Shown: piece by piece, positions 8,732 through 17,971 of the stretch
Position numbering within the stretch: the stretch's first letter is position 1
How the letters are laid out: every line of letters starts with the position of its first letter
Assembly (NCBI GenBank): GCA_016197005.1
Contig: JACPWO010000001.1
Coordinates: forward strand, 5,106-69,105
Source: Candidatus Anderseniibacteriota bacterium
GTDB taxonomy: Bacteria > Patescibacteriota > Andersenbacteria > UBA10190
DNA: 64,000 nucleotides
Reading direction: 5' to 3'
Made by a program: the position numbers and the translations under genes
Notes under the pieces: generated by a model
Database searches by the model: none
The model's input: only the letters and a program-made list of their open reading frames with translations
What the model was told of the DNA's origin: nothing

Positions 8732-9973
8732 ATGTTAACTATGACAAATATCTTACAGCTACGCCTGCGCGGTATCCGGTACATCTTACCGGTTGCTTTG
8801 ATCGTCGTGGGTACAGCATTATTCACCTCAAACCTTGAATCAGCTACCGGCGCTGGTAGTAACGGTATTACCGTCATCAACCCTCGCCTTTCCGCTGGTT
8901 ACAGTAACCTGCCTCGCACTCTGCGAGATCAGCCAGTTATTGAGGTATTCGTTAATTCACCAATTCATAACGCTCCAGCTGGAACATACGACAAGAACGC
9001 CGTTCCTTTCAGTTATAGCGTGAACTTCTTAGTCTGTAACAACATCCTCTTCAATGCTCGAGTTTTGTCTCGCTTTGATGCAATGGGTGGACACCACAGC
9101 AACTATGAAGGTACTGCACAGAGTAACTGGATTAAGCTTACTGATGATTCTCATGGCGAGAACCACTGTGGCGGATCTCTGTACTGTGTTGCTAGTCGAA
9201 CTGGTAGCCATACCCTTAACTTCTCAAGCCTGAAAGCTGGAGAAACAAAAGCTACCTTGCAGGTAGTTGGTAAGTGGCTCCGAAAACAACAGCCAAGCGA
9301 TTCCTTTGATCGGAATGATGCTTCCTTCACGGACAACAAAGCTACTGCTGTGAACATTTGGCTTAACTTTGGTGGATCAACTCCAACTCCTACCCCAACA
9401 CCTACGTCTACGCCAACAACTACTCCAACTCCTACCCCAACACCTACACCGACTCCAGCGCCAGGTGAACCGGGAATCCGAGTAACTAAGACTGATAACC
9501 GAGATATCACTCGTCCAGGACATACCTTGACGTATGAAATCAAAGTAGAAAATGTCGGTGAAGTTGATATGGGAGACGTTGAAATCAAAGATACCGTTCC
9601 TTCTTACCTTAAGATCACATCTGTCAGTGACAGTGGTCACATCTCTGGTCAGGTTGTTACCTGGAATGGAATTGATCTTGACACTGATGAATCTAAAACC
9701 TTCTACGTTAATGTAACGGTAAAGGATTCTGCCCCAAACGGCACCAACCTTCTTAACACCGTAGAAGCTTGTTCAGATGATCAGGACGTCTGCGATGAAG
9801 ATGACGATACAACTATTGTGGAAAAACCTCCGGTTGTAAAAGGAGTAACCAAAACAGTTGTTATCAAAGAAGTCCCAGTAACCGCTAAAACCGGTGGTGC
9901 AGCCTCTCTTGCTTTAACCAGCCTTGCTGGTGGAGCCAGTGGCCTCATTTACCTCAAGCGTCGTTACTTCTAA
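8732..9973 (+). CDS. secreted/cell-surface protein: signal peptide, unknown N-domain, Thr/Pro-rich linker, DUF11 repeat domain, sortase-like C-terminal signal
   Basis: The signal-like N-terminus is LRGIRYILPVALIVVGTALF. A 28 aa TP-rich linker is followed by a DUF11-type block (TLTYEIKVENVGEVDMGDVEIKDTVPSY…VTWNGIDL…). The C-terminus has a motif (VPVTAKTG), a hydrophobic helix and a KRRYF tail. The gene has its own promoter and terminator. The alternative start is ATG 8741. Confidence 0.7.
   Translation: MLTMTNILQLRLRGIRYILPVALIVVGTALFTSNLESATGAGSNGITVINPRLSAGYSNLPRTLRDQPVIEVFVNSPIHNAPAGTYDKNAVPFSYSVNFLVCNNILFNARVLSRFDAMGGHHSNYEGTAQSNWIKLTDDSHGENHCGGSLYCVASRTGSHTLNFSSLKAGETKATLQVVGKWLRKQQPSDSFDRNDASFTDNKATAVNIWLNFGGSTPTPTPTPTSTPTTTPTPTPTPTPTPAPGEPGIRVTKTDNRDITRPGHTLTYEIKVENVGEVDMGDVEIKDTVPSYLKITSVSDSGHISGQVVTWNGIDLDTDESKTFYVNVTVKDSAPNGTNLLNTVEACSDDQDVCDEDDDTTIVEKPPVVKGVTKTVVIKEVPVTAKTGGAASLALTSLAGGASGLIYLKRRYF
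9380..9464 (+). repeat. low-complexity ACN-CCN tandem repeat encoding (TP)n, with an internal 42 bp direct repeat
   Basis: The sequence ccaactcctaccccaacacctac occurs at 9384 and again at 9426. It encodes STPTPTPTPTSTPTTTPTPTPTPTPTPAP. Confidence 0.6.
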
Positions 9974-10000
9974 CAAATACTCTTAAATCAAACAAAACAG

Positions 10001-10034
10001 CCAACCCCGCTCTAACGCGGGGTTGGTTTTATTA
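10001..10034. terminator. bidirectional rho-independent terminator between convergent genes
   Basis: CCAACCCCGC, TCTAAC loop, GCGGGGTTGG, then TTTTATTAT on the + strand. On the - strand the same hairpin is followed by CTGTTTTGTTTG. The hairpin overlaps the last four codons and the stop of the - strand gene 10012..12816. Confidence 0.6.
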
Positions 10035-12816
10035 TAGGGAGGAAAAAAAGTAAACTTCCTATCAGTACTCCCGATAGGGTTAATATGCGCGCCCACATTA
10101 CTGCGGGTGATTTATATTTAAAGGAAATGATATGAGTACCAGTGGGTATCTCCGCAGTTTTAAAGATGGAATTACCAACAAGTTGCACTGATTCTTTTCC
10201 ATCAATATAGGTATGCCACTGAGGGGTAGTAGAATCCGTAAGTACCACATAGGCAGGTTGATCTGACGTCACCTCAATGTCCACCTGCGTGGGTTCGTAC
10301 CGTTTAATAACCGCGTTAGCGTTAACAGGTTGGGAAGAAGTTAAGATCTTTTCAGGTGGCTTCGGACCAGATAAATACACAACATTCCTTGGATCGAAGT
10401 CGGTGGCACTCATGGCGTGTCGTGTTTCATCAGCGGCAGATTTCCAGATACCAGAGGGAACGACAAACGCATGAGGATAGGCATTAGGATTGCTATATAA
10501 ACGAGCTGTTTTTGTACCAATGGGCACTTCTGCGACCACTTTATATCCGGCTTCTACCATCGTGTCGCTGTTAACTGATGATAAAAGTTGGCCCAAGTGA
10601 GTAATCCCAGCCATGTCCAAGAGTTTACGGCTACGTTCAATGGCGTGGATATTATCACCGTCAAGCGGCTCCTGATCATTCGCAAAAAAGAATTCAATAA
10701 ATTGTCGATACGGACGTATGGAAAGAGCACCAATCCAGCGGGCGCTGGAAGCGCCGGCAATGACATTAGTATGCCGCTCCAGAAGAGCAGCTTCAACGTC
10801 ATATGATGTTATAAGGTCTGGCTCAATGAGAGTTTGGACGGTTTTTTGGGAACGTTCCCACTCAGCTTCGGTTGGGTCAGAAGTGCGAACAAAATAGGCT
10901 TGATGTTCAACGTCAGGTTGTTCAATAAAAGGAACGGTAACATTGGAGTTAAAATCAGCGGATAGTGAAATCCAGGTCGTTGCTTCCGGTGAAATAATAC
11001 CTTCGTCAAAACAAATATGCTGTCGTGCACCCTGACCAACTCGGTGCAAGGATAAAGAAATTACTTGTTGGGGTGGCTGTCTTGGATCCCTGTACGCCCC
11101 TACATTTATCTCCCCTTCCTGACCGGCGAGGGCAGCTTCGAGTGGAAGATAGATGCAGTGAAAATCTTCAGTTGTTGGCGGGATCGGTTGGTAAACAGAG
11201 AATGTCGGCGAAATATGATCAGTATAACGAACAGCGGCAACATCTTCCGGTTTTTTTTGTAGGAGCAGCGGTCGGACATATAACCGGGGTGGCACCAGGT
11301 TTTGATCAGCAGCACGTACTGCTTCTTCAAGCGGAGAGACCGCAAAGGCGGTAGTGGCAGGTGTGGTTGGATTATAATTCCAGGCATAACTGAGCAATGT
11401 AACAACTGTCAGAATTGATAGTCCGTACATTTGCACTCGCCTTCCTCCTTTTCCGTGGACGACAAGTGCAATGACTAGGAAAATAATACTGAACGCAACC
11501 AAAAGAATATGTGGATCATTATGCTCCCATAGATATCGCAACTCGTGTTGTTCCACTCCTTCTTCCCATACCCTCATTAAGAAGGGACTTAAAAGAATAA
11601 GAGGAAAAGCAAGGGCGCTAATACCAAACCAGATTTTTTTTCTCCTACTTCCATGGAGAAATGCCTCGATGCCCGCGGTTGCTAACAGCGCGATGCCAAT
11701 GTCAAAGAAAAATACAAAGCGAGAGGCAATTGCAAACGAAGAGAAAATGAGCTTCTCAACTAAGTAGTGATAAAGTGGTGAGTACTTTCCTAAAGCTAAT
11801 AGAATTGAGAGTGCGACGAGAAGTCCACCCGCTGCATGTTCTGCTCTCCAGCGACGACGTTGGGTGAGCGCAGCGCCAGCTAATGCGAGTGGAATAATTC
11901 CGACGAATGCAGCTAGTTCCTGAAAGCCCTTTGCTCCCCAGTGGGTACTGTGATTTCCAAAGAAGTACGGGAGTATAAGTGTGACGGCGTGAACTGGTGG
12001 GTAGCTAAACTCCACTAACTCTTGTCGGGAGAGCGCCTCAGCTCGTTCGGTCTCGGGAATGAATTCCCAGAGAGGGAGTATGGCGAACGAAGATATACAA
12101 AGAGCTAGTAGTCCGGCTATAACGGTGTGTCCCATAACCTTACCAAAGTGCCGCCAGCTTGTTGCGTACTCAGCAAGGAAGCAGGCTCCAATAATGGCCG
12201 CGGCAATAAATGTGAGAAGAACAACTTGCGGCTGCGCTGACAATACAATTGCGGTTGCAATTGCTGCCAATGTCAGGTTGGAACGGAGAACGGGATGCTC
12301 AACGACACGGAGAGCGGCTAAGACTAGCCATGGCAACAGCATTGTCCCTGTATAAAAGTTAACGTGATTCAAATGCCCAATAGAAAATCCACTGAAGACA
12401 AAGACAATAGCTCCGACTGCGCTTGGGATTTCAGAAAAATGACGACGGCGCAGAAGAGCATAGAATCCGAGTAAACCGATCAAAAAGTAACTGGCAATCG
12501 AGATTTGGAGGAGCGTAAGTGGATGAAAACCGATCAGTCGTAGCAGAACATGAAGCGGGGTAAAGAAACCGAGCTGTCCCCACGCTAGGAGGGGATGTCC
12601 AAACCCAAATTCGTTGCTCCAAAGTGGGAGCTGCCAATTGTGTTGAAATTCCGCGTAGGCTTTTTCCAGTGGATAATAAATAATTTTAAGGTCGTCGAGA
12701 AAGAAGATATTACCAGCAAGAAATATGCGACCAAAAAAAATCGCCCACGTTAAAATAATAAAACTCAGCCCCACCCGATTTTGGTGAATGTACGTGAGTA
12801 ATCGGCTATTGTTCAT
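10012..12816 (-). CDS. YfhO-like GT-C-fold polytopic membrane protein with large C-terminal extracytoplasmic domain
   Basis: 934 aa. It has about 13 N-terminal TM helices with conserved His/Trp-rich loops, followed by a roughly 400 aa soluble C-terminal region and a final TM helix. The YfhO assignment is by architecture only. Confidence 0.5.
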   Translation of the reverse strand: MNNSRLLTYIHQNRVGLSFIILTWAIFFGRIFLAGNIFFLDDLKIIYYPLEKAYAEFQHNWQLPLWSNEFGFGHPLLAWGQLGFFTPLHVLLRLIGFHPLTLLQISIASYFLIGLLGFYALLRRRHFSEIPSAVGAIVFVFSGFSIGHLNHVNFYTGTMLLPWLVLAALRVVEHPVLRSNLTLAAIATAIVLSAQPQVVLLTFIAAAIIGACFLAEYATSWRHFGKVMGHTVIAGLLALCISSFAILPLWEFIPETERAEALSRQELVEFSYPPVHAVTLILPYFFGNHSTHWGAKGFQELAAFVGIIPLALAGAALTQRRRWRAEHAAGGLLVALSILLALGKYSPLYHYLVEKLIFSSFAIASRFVFFFDIGIALLATAGIEAFLHGSRRKKIWFGISALAFPLILLSPFLMRVWEEGVEQHELRYLWEHNDPHILLVAFSIIFLVIALVVHGKGGRRVQMYGLSILTVVTLLSYAWNYNPTTPATTAFAVSPLEEAVRAADQNLVPPRLYVRPLLLQKKPEDVAAVRYTDHISPTFSVYQPIPPTTEDFHCIYLPLEAALAGQEGEINVGAYRDPRQPPQQVISLSLHRVGQGARQHICFDEGIISPEATTWISLSADFNSNVTVPFIEQPDVEHQAYFVRTSDPTEAEWERSQKTVQTLIEPDLITSYDVEAALLERHTNVIAGASSARWIGALSIRPYRQFIEFFFANDQEPLDGDNIHAIERSRKLLDMAGITHLGQLLSSVNSDTMVEAGYKVVAEVPIGTKTARLYSNPNAYPHAFVVPSGIWKSAADETRHAMSATDFDPRNVVYLSGPKPPEKILTSSQPVNANAVIKRYEPTQVDIEVTSDQPAYVVLTDSTTPQWHTYIDGKESVQLVGNSIFKTAEIPTGTHIISFKYKSPAVMWARILTLSGVLIGSLLFFLPIIKPTPR

Positions 12817-15004
12817 ATCCGGGGTAGAATGCGGTCTTACCAGTCATGTCGATAATAATATCATTGGCAGCTACGGAATCAGGTATAGAATCATACCGCT
12901 CTATTGATACTGGGGAAGTGCTTCCTAAGAGACGGAATAAATAAGCTGAGAGTGAAGTAGTTTGATCGGGATGAACACCAATGAGCAAAATACGAGCGTG
13001 CGGATCTACCGGTTGTTGTTGTTGCTTGTATTGGCGAGCTGCTTCTTGGATGTATTCGGCTTGCTCTCGGTAAAAGCGAGTCCGTTCAGGCACCCGTGCT
13101 TGCCATGTACCGTAGATAACTAAGACAAGTAACAGTGTCCCGCCAACCCGTGTCCGATATAGAGCCGGTACCCGCAGTACGAGAAAGCCGACAAGTAACG
13201 CTAATCCGAATACGGATAAGTATATCCAGCGAAAACGCCAATCGTTAGCTAGGAAAAGAACAGGACCGAGAAATGCGAGCCACCATACTCCAGCGAGCAA
13301 GATTCCATGAAAGACTTTTTCATCTTTTCGTAGCCACATAAGCAAGCCGGCGTATAGTAGTAATAAAACGATGCCTGGATAGTAGGGAGATTGAAGCCGA
13401 GATTGATTAAATAGAGTACTAAGAGGTTTTTCCACTACCGAAATTCCTGGAACGTTAATTGGCCACAACCAGTTTTCAGCCGTCCAGTCAGCATACGTAA
13501 GCAGATTTTGTCCGAGCATTGAGGGTGTAAGTCTAGTTGTGTATGTATCATTTGTTGCGGTAACTGGAGGAAGGGTGGGATCACTAAACACAGCTGCGCG
13601 CAAGAACAAAAGCAGACACGCTACTACAACATATGGAGCAGCTGCTACCGCCGCTGACTTTTTAAGTGTCTTCAGTGTTAGAACATCAATTGCAAACGCA
13701 ATGACAGGTAAGATAAGAACATGTTCCTTAGAGAGAAACGCAAGTGCGTACAATACAAGCGAGGCACATAAGTAACGTCCTTGTGCTTTAGAGCGCCACC
13801 AAATGAAACAAAGAAGAGATGCTATGGCAAATAAGCCAGCCAAGATGTCATGGTTTGAGCTCCACCAATACGCAGTACCAATTTTTGAACTATGTGCAAT
13901 CCAAGTAGCCGCCGTCGCTGCAGCAGCAATAGGTGAGCGAAGAATAATAAGAGCCAGTACGAATAGTCCGACGGCAGTGATAGCAATAAGGAGAATATTC
14001 AAAAAGTAAGCAGCTTCTGCTTTCGGCCCGACGCTATGCCAGATAATTGATGAAAACAAGCCGGCACTTACTGGTCGCCAAAAATGAAGATCAAATTGAG
14101 AATATTCGTCAGCTTCCAGATAATCATGCGCCAAAAAAAGTTTCCAGCTATCCGCGCCTTTATACTGTTCGGCCCGCGCAAGCAAAGCGAGATCATCATG
14201 GAAATAGAATAAATGCGTTGCTGGCCAGTAAATACATAGTGTTGCCACGATGAGGCCACCCGCCCACAACGCGAATGCTCGGTGGGAGAGTGTGGTGAGT
14301 CCCTCCAGAGCATCAGGTATCGGCTCGGGAAAACCGTATAATTTGAGAGCAAGGCCCCCTATAACAATAAGCGCCAATGCAGCAAGTAAGTGATGGTGTT
14401 GGGTATCTGTTAACCAACGAACAAGGAGAATAGCAATAGGTGGTCTCTCGTACAAAACAAATCCGATATTACCTTGCTTTTCCTCTCGTTGAGAAAATGT
14501 TTTTCCTTCTAAGTATTTAGATGCATCACTTTCATACCGTATATGAATCGCGTCGGCTTTTGAGACGCTAAGCGTCTCAAGTGTAAAGTCATACGTTTTA
14601 CCACTGGTGCCAGTGATCGGTTCAAAAAGGAAAAAAAGAGTTGGAACATAAGAATCCAGTTGCTGCTGAGCATCGACGTATTGAATATGTGTCTGATCAT
14701 AAAACTGGGCAGCAGGCCCAGATAAACTACGAATAGTCTCATTACTTTCTACTTCCTTTACGGTGAAAATGACTTCAGTTTCTGAAGCAGGAATTTCCGT
14801 ACTTGCTAACCAAAATCTAAAACCATGCAAAGAGTTGGTGGGAGCAACAATACGTTGGGTAAGTGGATTCCCGGCGAATACTTGATGGATGTGTTTGTCA
14901 TCGGGGGTTTGCACTAGGCTAACAGTTCGAAATGGTCGTTTGCCTCCACTAAAGATGAGCCCGACCAATAGGATCGCAAGGAGTATTACTATTTTTTTAT
15001 TCAT
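12806..15004 (-). CDS. GT-C-fold membrane glycosyltransferase with N-terminal anchored extracytoplasmic domain
   Basis: The start is taken at the internal ATG (MNKKIVILLAILLVG…), which is preceded by AAGGA and removes the overlap with the upstream gene. The rest is a roughly 200 aa soluble domain followed by a multi-TM region. Confidence 0.55.
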   Translation of the reverse strand: MNKKIVILLAILLVGLIFSGGKRPFRTVSLVQTPDDKHIHQVFAGNPLTQRIVAPTNSLHGFRFWLASTEIPASETEVIFTVKEVESNETIRSLSGPAAQFYDQTHIQYVDAQQQLDSYVPTLFFLFEPITGTSGKTYDFTLETLSVSKADAIHIRYESDASKYLEGKTFSQREEKQGNIGFVLYERPPIAILLVRWLTDTQHHHLLAALALIVIGGLALKLYGFPEPIPDALEGLTTLSHRAFALWAGGLIVATLCIYWPATHLFYFHDDLALLARAEQYKGADSWKLFLAHDYLEADEYSQFDLHFWRPVSAGLFSSIIWHSVGPKAEAAYFLNILLIAITAVGLFVLALIILRSPIAAAATAATWIAHSSKIGTAYWWSSNHDILAGLFAIASLLCFIWWRSKAQGRYLCASLVLYALAFLSKEHVLILPVIAFAIDVLTLKTLKKSAAVAAAPYVVVACLLLFLRAAVFSDPTLPPVTATNDTYTTRLTPSMLGQNLLTYADWTAENWLWPINVPGISVVEKPLSTLFNQSRLQSPYYPGIVLLLLYAGLLMWLRKDEKVFHGILLAGVWWLAFLGPVLFLANDWRFRWIYLSVFGLALLVGFLVLRVPALYRTRVGGTLLLVLVIYGTWQARVPERTRFYREQAEYIQEAARQYKQQQQPVDPHARILLIGVHPDQTTSLSAYLFRLLGSTSPVSIERYDSIPDSVAANDIIIDMTGKTAFYPGYEQ

Positions 15005-15015
15005 ATCCTTGATAG

Positions 15016-15534
15016 TCAGTTGCGACATTGCGTCTCCGTACCACCACACACGCGATAGAGTGCTTTATCATCCTCATGAAGAATTCGATAATCAAATTTT
15101 CGTGTTTCGTCTTCATCAAAAGCAATCACATCATTTTGAGGAAGTTCCAAGCTTGCTTCGAAGAAATATCCCTTAGCTTCTCCTTTTCGTATGTCTGTAA
15201 CACAGTAACGATAGTACTGTGTATCTGACTCGCGAATATCGTGTGGGGAAACATCAATATATTGGCCCTTTACGATTGGTGATTGTGGTCCAAAAAACCA
15301 GCTGTCAACCGTGCGAGAATCGGTGCAATGAGGCTTTGATTTCGGGGGGGTGGGGTAATACTCGCGGTCGTTGTGATATACCTCTACTGCTTGTTTCAAA
15401 TTGGTTATGTCTTCTACCCGTAAGTGATCGCGTGCCTGGGTACGGGCGTAGAGAAAAGCTGGTATAAGAATAATTAAGGCAATCCCGGCGGCAATCCCGA
15501 TTGCCAATAGTTCCCATTTCAGGTCATGATTCAT
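15016..15534 (-). CDS. pseudopilin-like (GspG/type IV pilin-like N-terminal helix) small secreted protein, paralog of 36125..36631
   Basis: Start placed at Met80 of the long ORF (MNHDLKWELLAIGIAAGIALIIL), by analogy with the paralog. The ARTQARDHLRVEDITNLKQAVEVYHNDREYYPTP block resembles the GspG 'AR-D-L-AL-Y-DNG-YPT' region. SWFFGxQSP, IPHDVRES, YCxTDIR and YRVCGGT blocks are shared with 36125. The exact start is uncertain. Confidence 0.45.
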   Translation of the reverse strand: MNHDLKWELLAIGIAAGIALIILIPAFLYARTQARDHLRVEDITNLKQAVEVYHNDREYYPTPPKSKPHCTDSRTVDSWFFGPQSPIVKGQYIDVSPHDIRESDTQYYRYCVTDIRKGEAKGYFFEASLELPQNDVIAFDEDETRKFDYRILHEDDKALYRVCGGTETQCRN

Positions 15535-15556
15535 ACTATGTATATCCGTGTGAATT

Positions 15557-17971
15557 TTGGTACCAGCTCCAATGGTGCGATGGTATAACATCCAGTATAC
15601 CGGAGGCAAGCTGCTTACTTCTCGGTGGCTATGGGTGTCTGAGTTAGTTCTCGTATTAGGTGTTCTTTGGTTAAGTAGTCCCGTTGATATAATAGAAGAA
15701 GTTCGCTCACCCGGAGACATAAATTCTCGATTTTTGCTGGGAGATACCCGGACAGTTGGGCAAACATTCACAGCTATTCCTAATTTAAGGGTTCTTGAAT
15801 TACCAGTAGAGGTCGAGCCGGGCGCCCAGGGACCAATAATTCTCCATATTCGTCGTGATTATTTTGGCAGGGATCTTCGCAGTAGTGTTATCTTTCGTCC
15901 TGGGTCAGGAACTCAAACATTTGTTTTTGAACCTATCAACGTAGCGCGAGGGGAGACATTAATGTGGGTTTTAGAAAATCCCCATGATCCCGATCGCTCC
16001 ATTTCAGTGTTTCGAGAAATTGACGGCAGTCTTTATTTAGGCGGGGAGGCATATACCAAGGGAAAGGAATTGGCCGGAGATTTTCAATTTAAGATATTCG
16101 GAAGTCGTCCTTTAGTTACTGCGATTCCCTCTATGTTGGCCGGAGCTACAAATGAGTTCATCTTCCTTGATGATGGAGAGCGTCAAGCACTTATTGTTGG
16201 TTTAATCGTAGCGTTAATTGCTTGGCTTTTCGCCCCCAGGATTGTTCAACTTCTGCGGTGGTTTCTATACCGTCCGCGCCTAACACTTGTTTTATTAATG
16301 GTAGTTACGTTTGCGCTCCATATAACGACAGCGAAAACAATACCACTTAATAACGATGAAGGAGCCTATCTACAGGATGCTTTGCAAGCGCAAGAAGGGT
16401 TTGTCCCCGTTAAAGATTTCTTAACAAAGGGTCCGGTGTATGTGTATGTACTCTCAATCTGGACTAATCTTGTTCCATTTGCTGTGCCTTTTTTGCGCCT
16501 CTTAAGCACAGGGGCGTGGATTGCGGGAGTATTGCTTGTTTACCGTCTTTCTCGCGAGCTTGGATTATCGGTGGGGATTGCACTTACGGCGGCGGCCCTC
16601 CTTGCTCTTTCTCCAGCGGCAGTCTTGCTCAGTACGCCACTATTATTGCAATCAATCAGTGCAGTATTGGTTTTAGGCGGCCTTCTTCTTACCATTATGG
16701 GAGCAAAACGAGAAAATGTATGGTTCGTTGTTGTCTCGGCAATTTGTATGGTGGCTGCATATTTAACCCGCGCTAGTAGTATCCCTGCAGCAGTAGTTGG
16801 GCTCGGAATAATCCTATGGTTTTCCGAGCGCAATCGTTTCCGCTTAGCTGCCACGTACACGATAGTCGGATTACTTGTTACCGGATCCTTATTTACTGCT
16901 GCCACCTTGTACATGGGTCTTGAGAAAGCGACGGTCGCGTTCAATATTGAAGCACTCGCTGTATCGCAAGCGCGCGAAATAATAGAGACAACACCGGAAG
17001 AACCAATTGTTCGTTGGTCAATCGAAAGTGCGATGGTGTTGTGGAGTATGTCTCCCTGGTTTATCGCTGGTGTTCTCGCCCTTCCTTGGTTTTTGTTTAA
17101 GTACGTCTCGCGTTGGCAGACAATTCTTCTTCTTGCCCTTTGGCTGCTCCTAGCGTCTCATGTTTGGTTTCACCTTAATGACATGTCGTATTTCGTGGGT
17201 GCCCTTCATAAAGTTGCCCGAGTATTAGTCATTTTCTCGGTTATATTGCCGCTGTTTATAGCAGCGGTGCGTTGGTTACTTGATAAACCAGCACCCGCGT
17301 TGTCGCAGACACAAGCTCGGGTCCTTATTCTTATGCTGGCATGGATATTAATGCTGGGAATGATTTATCGCGTATGGAGCGACTTTCGACCAAATTACCT
17401 ATTAGAATTTTTGCCACCACTAGCACTGATAACTGCTCAATGGGGAAGGAATATCTGGGCAGCTATTACTACTCGTCCTCACCGGAATGCCACGCGCTTT
17501 GCGCTGGGGGCAGTAGTGCTTATTGCGGTTACTGGTGGGTTGGCTGGTTGGCGATTGGGACTACGGTTTCCGCCGAGTGGAACAATGGATCTTGGAGCAC
17601 TTAGCGACATTGTAAATGAAGTAAAAACGTATGTGCCGCCACGCGAGCCTCTCTTTACCGCACAATCAGCCGTCACCGCTTTAGCCCGACGGCCAATGAT
17701 ATTTCAGTATAGTCATTCTGGTTGGTATTTATATGAACGACAGGGACTGGTACCAACGGAACTTTTACAGTTATTTTTCCAAAGTCCTGAATCTATTACT
17801 TCGTATTTAGACAAAACCGTTCAATTCATCTTAGTTGATCGACGAACTCAGCAGGTGTACTTCGATACGTATGAAGAGCGGCAGCGAATTCTAGCTGAAG
17901 ATTTTGAGAGTATCGTTACGGTAAAAAACGGTGATGACACATTTGAACTTTATCGACGAAAGATCAACTAG
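15557..17971 (+). CDS. GT-C-fold membrane glycosyltransferase with N-terminal anchored extracytoplasmic domain
   Basis: 804 aa starting at TTG (or at ATG 15572). It has an N-terminal TM helix, a roughly 180 aa soluble domain (…TRTVGQTFTAIPNLRVLELP…) and more than 12 TM helices. The exact start is uncertain. Confidence 0.55.
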   Translation: MVPAPMVRWYNIQYTGGKLLTSRWLWVSELVLVLGVLWLSSPVDIIEEVRSPGDINSRFLLGDTRTVGQTFTAIPNLRVLELPVEVEPGAQGPIILHIRRDYFGRDLRSSVIFRPGSGTQTFVFEPINVARGETLMWVLENPHDPDRSISVFREIDGSLYLGGEAYTKGKELAGDFQFKIFGSRPLVTAIPSMLAGATNEFIFLDDGERQALIVGLIVALIAWLFAPRIVQLLRWFLYRPRLTLVLLMVVTFALHITTAKTIPLNNDEGAYLQDALQAQEGFVPVKDFLTKGPVYVYVLSIWTNLVPFAVPFLRLLSTGAWIAGVLLVYRLSRELGLSVGIALTAAALLALSPAAVLLSTPLLLQSISAVLVLGGLLLTIMGAKRENVWFVVVSAICMVAAYLTRASSIPAAVVGLGIILWFSERNRFRLAATYTIVGLLVTGSLFTAATLYMGLEKATVAFNIEALAVSQAREIIETTPEEPIVRWSIESAMVLWSMSPWFIAGVLALPWFLFKYVSRWQTILLLALWLLLASHVWFHLNDMSYFVGALHKVARVLVIFSVILPLFIAAVRWLLDKPAPALSQTQARVLILMLAWILMLGMIYRVWSDFRPNYLLEFLPPLALITAQWGRNIWAAITTRPHRNATRFALGAVVLIAVTGGLAGWRLGLRFPPSGTMDLGALSDIVNEVKTYVPPREPLFTAQSAVTALARRPMIFQYSHSGWYLYERQGLVPTELLQLFFQSPESITSYLDKTVQFILVDRRTQQVYFDTYEERQRILAEDFESIVTVKNGDDTFELYRRKIN

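Noticed and set aside
9151-9640. Two antisense ORFs (145 and 87 aa) opposite the TP-repeat region
   Set aside because: Translation artefacts of the low-complexity ACN-CCN repeat (poly-GV and poly-WRS).
15557-15571. Choice between TTG 15557 and ATG 15572 as the start of the 15557..17971 gene
   Set aside because: Neither has a Shine-Dalgarno sequence, and the sequence alone cannot resolve it. TTG 15557 is reported as the maximal ORF with reduced confidence.
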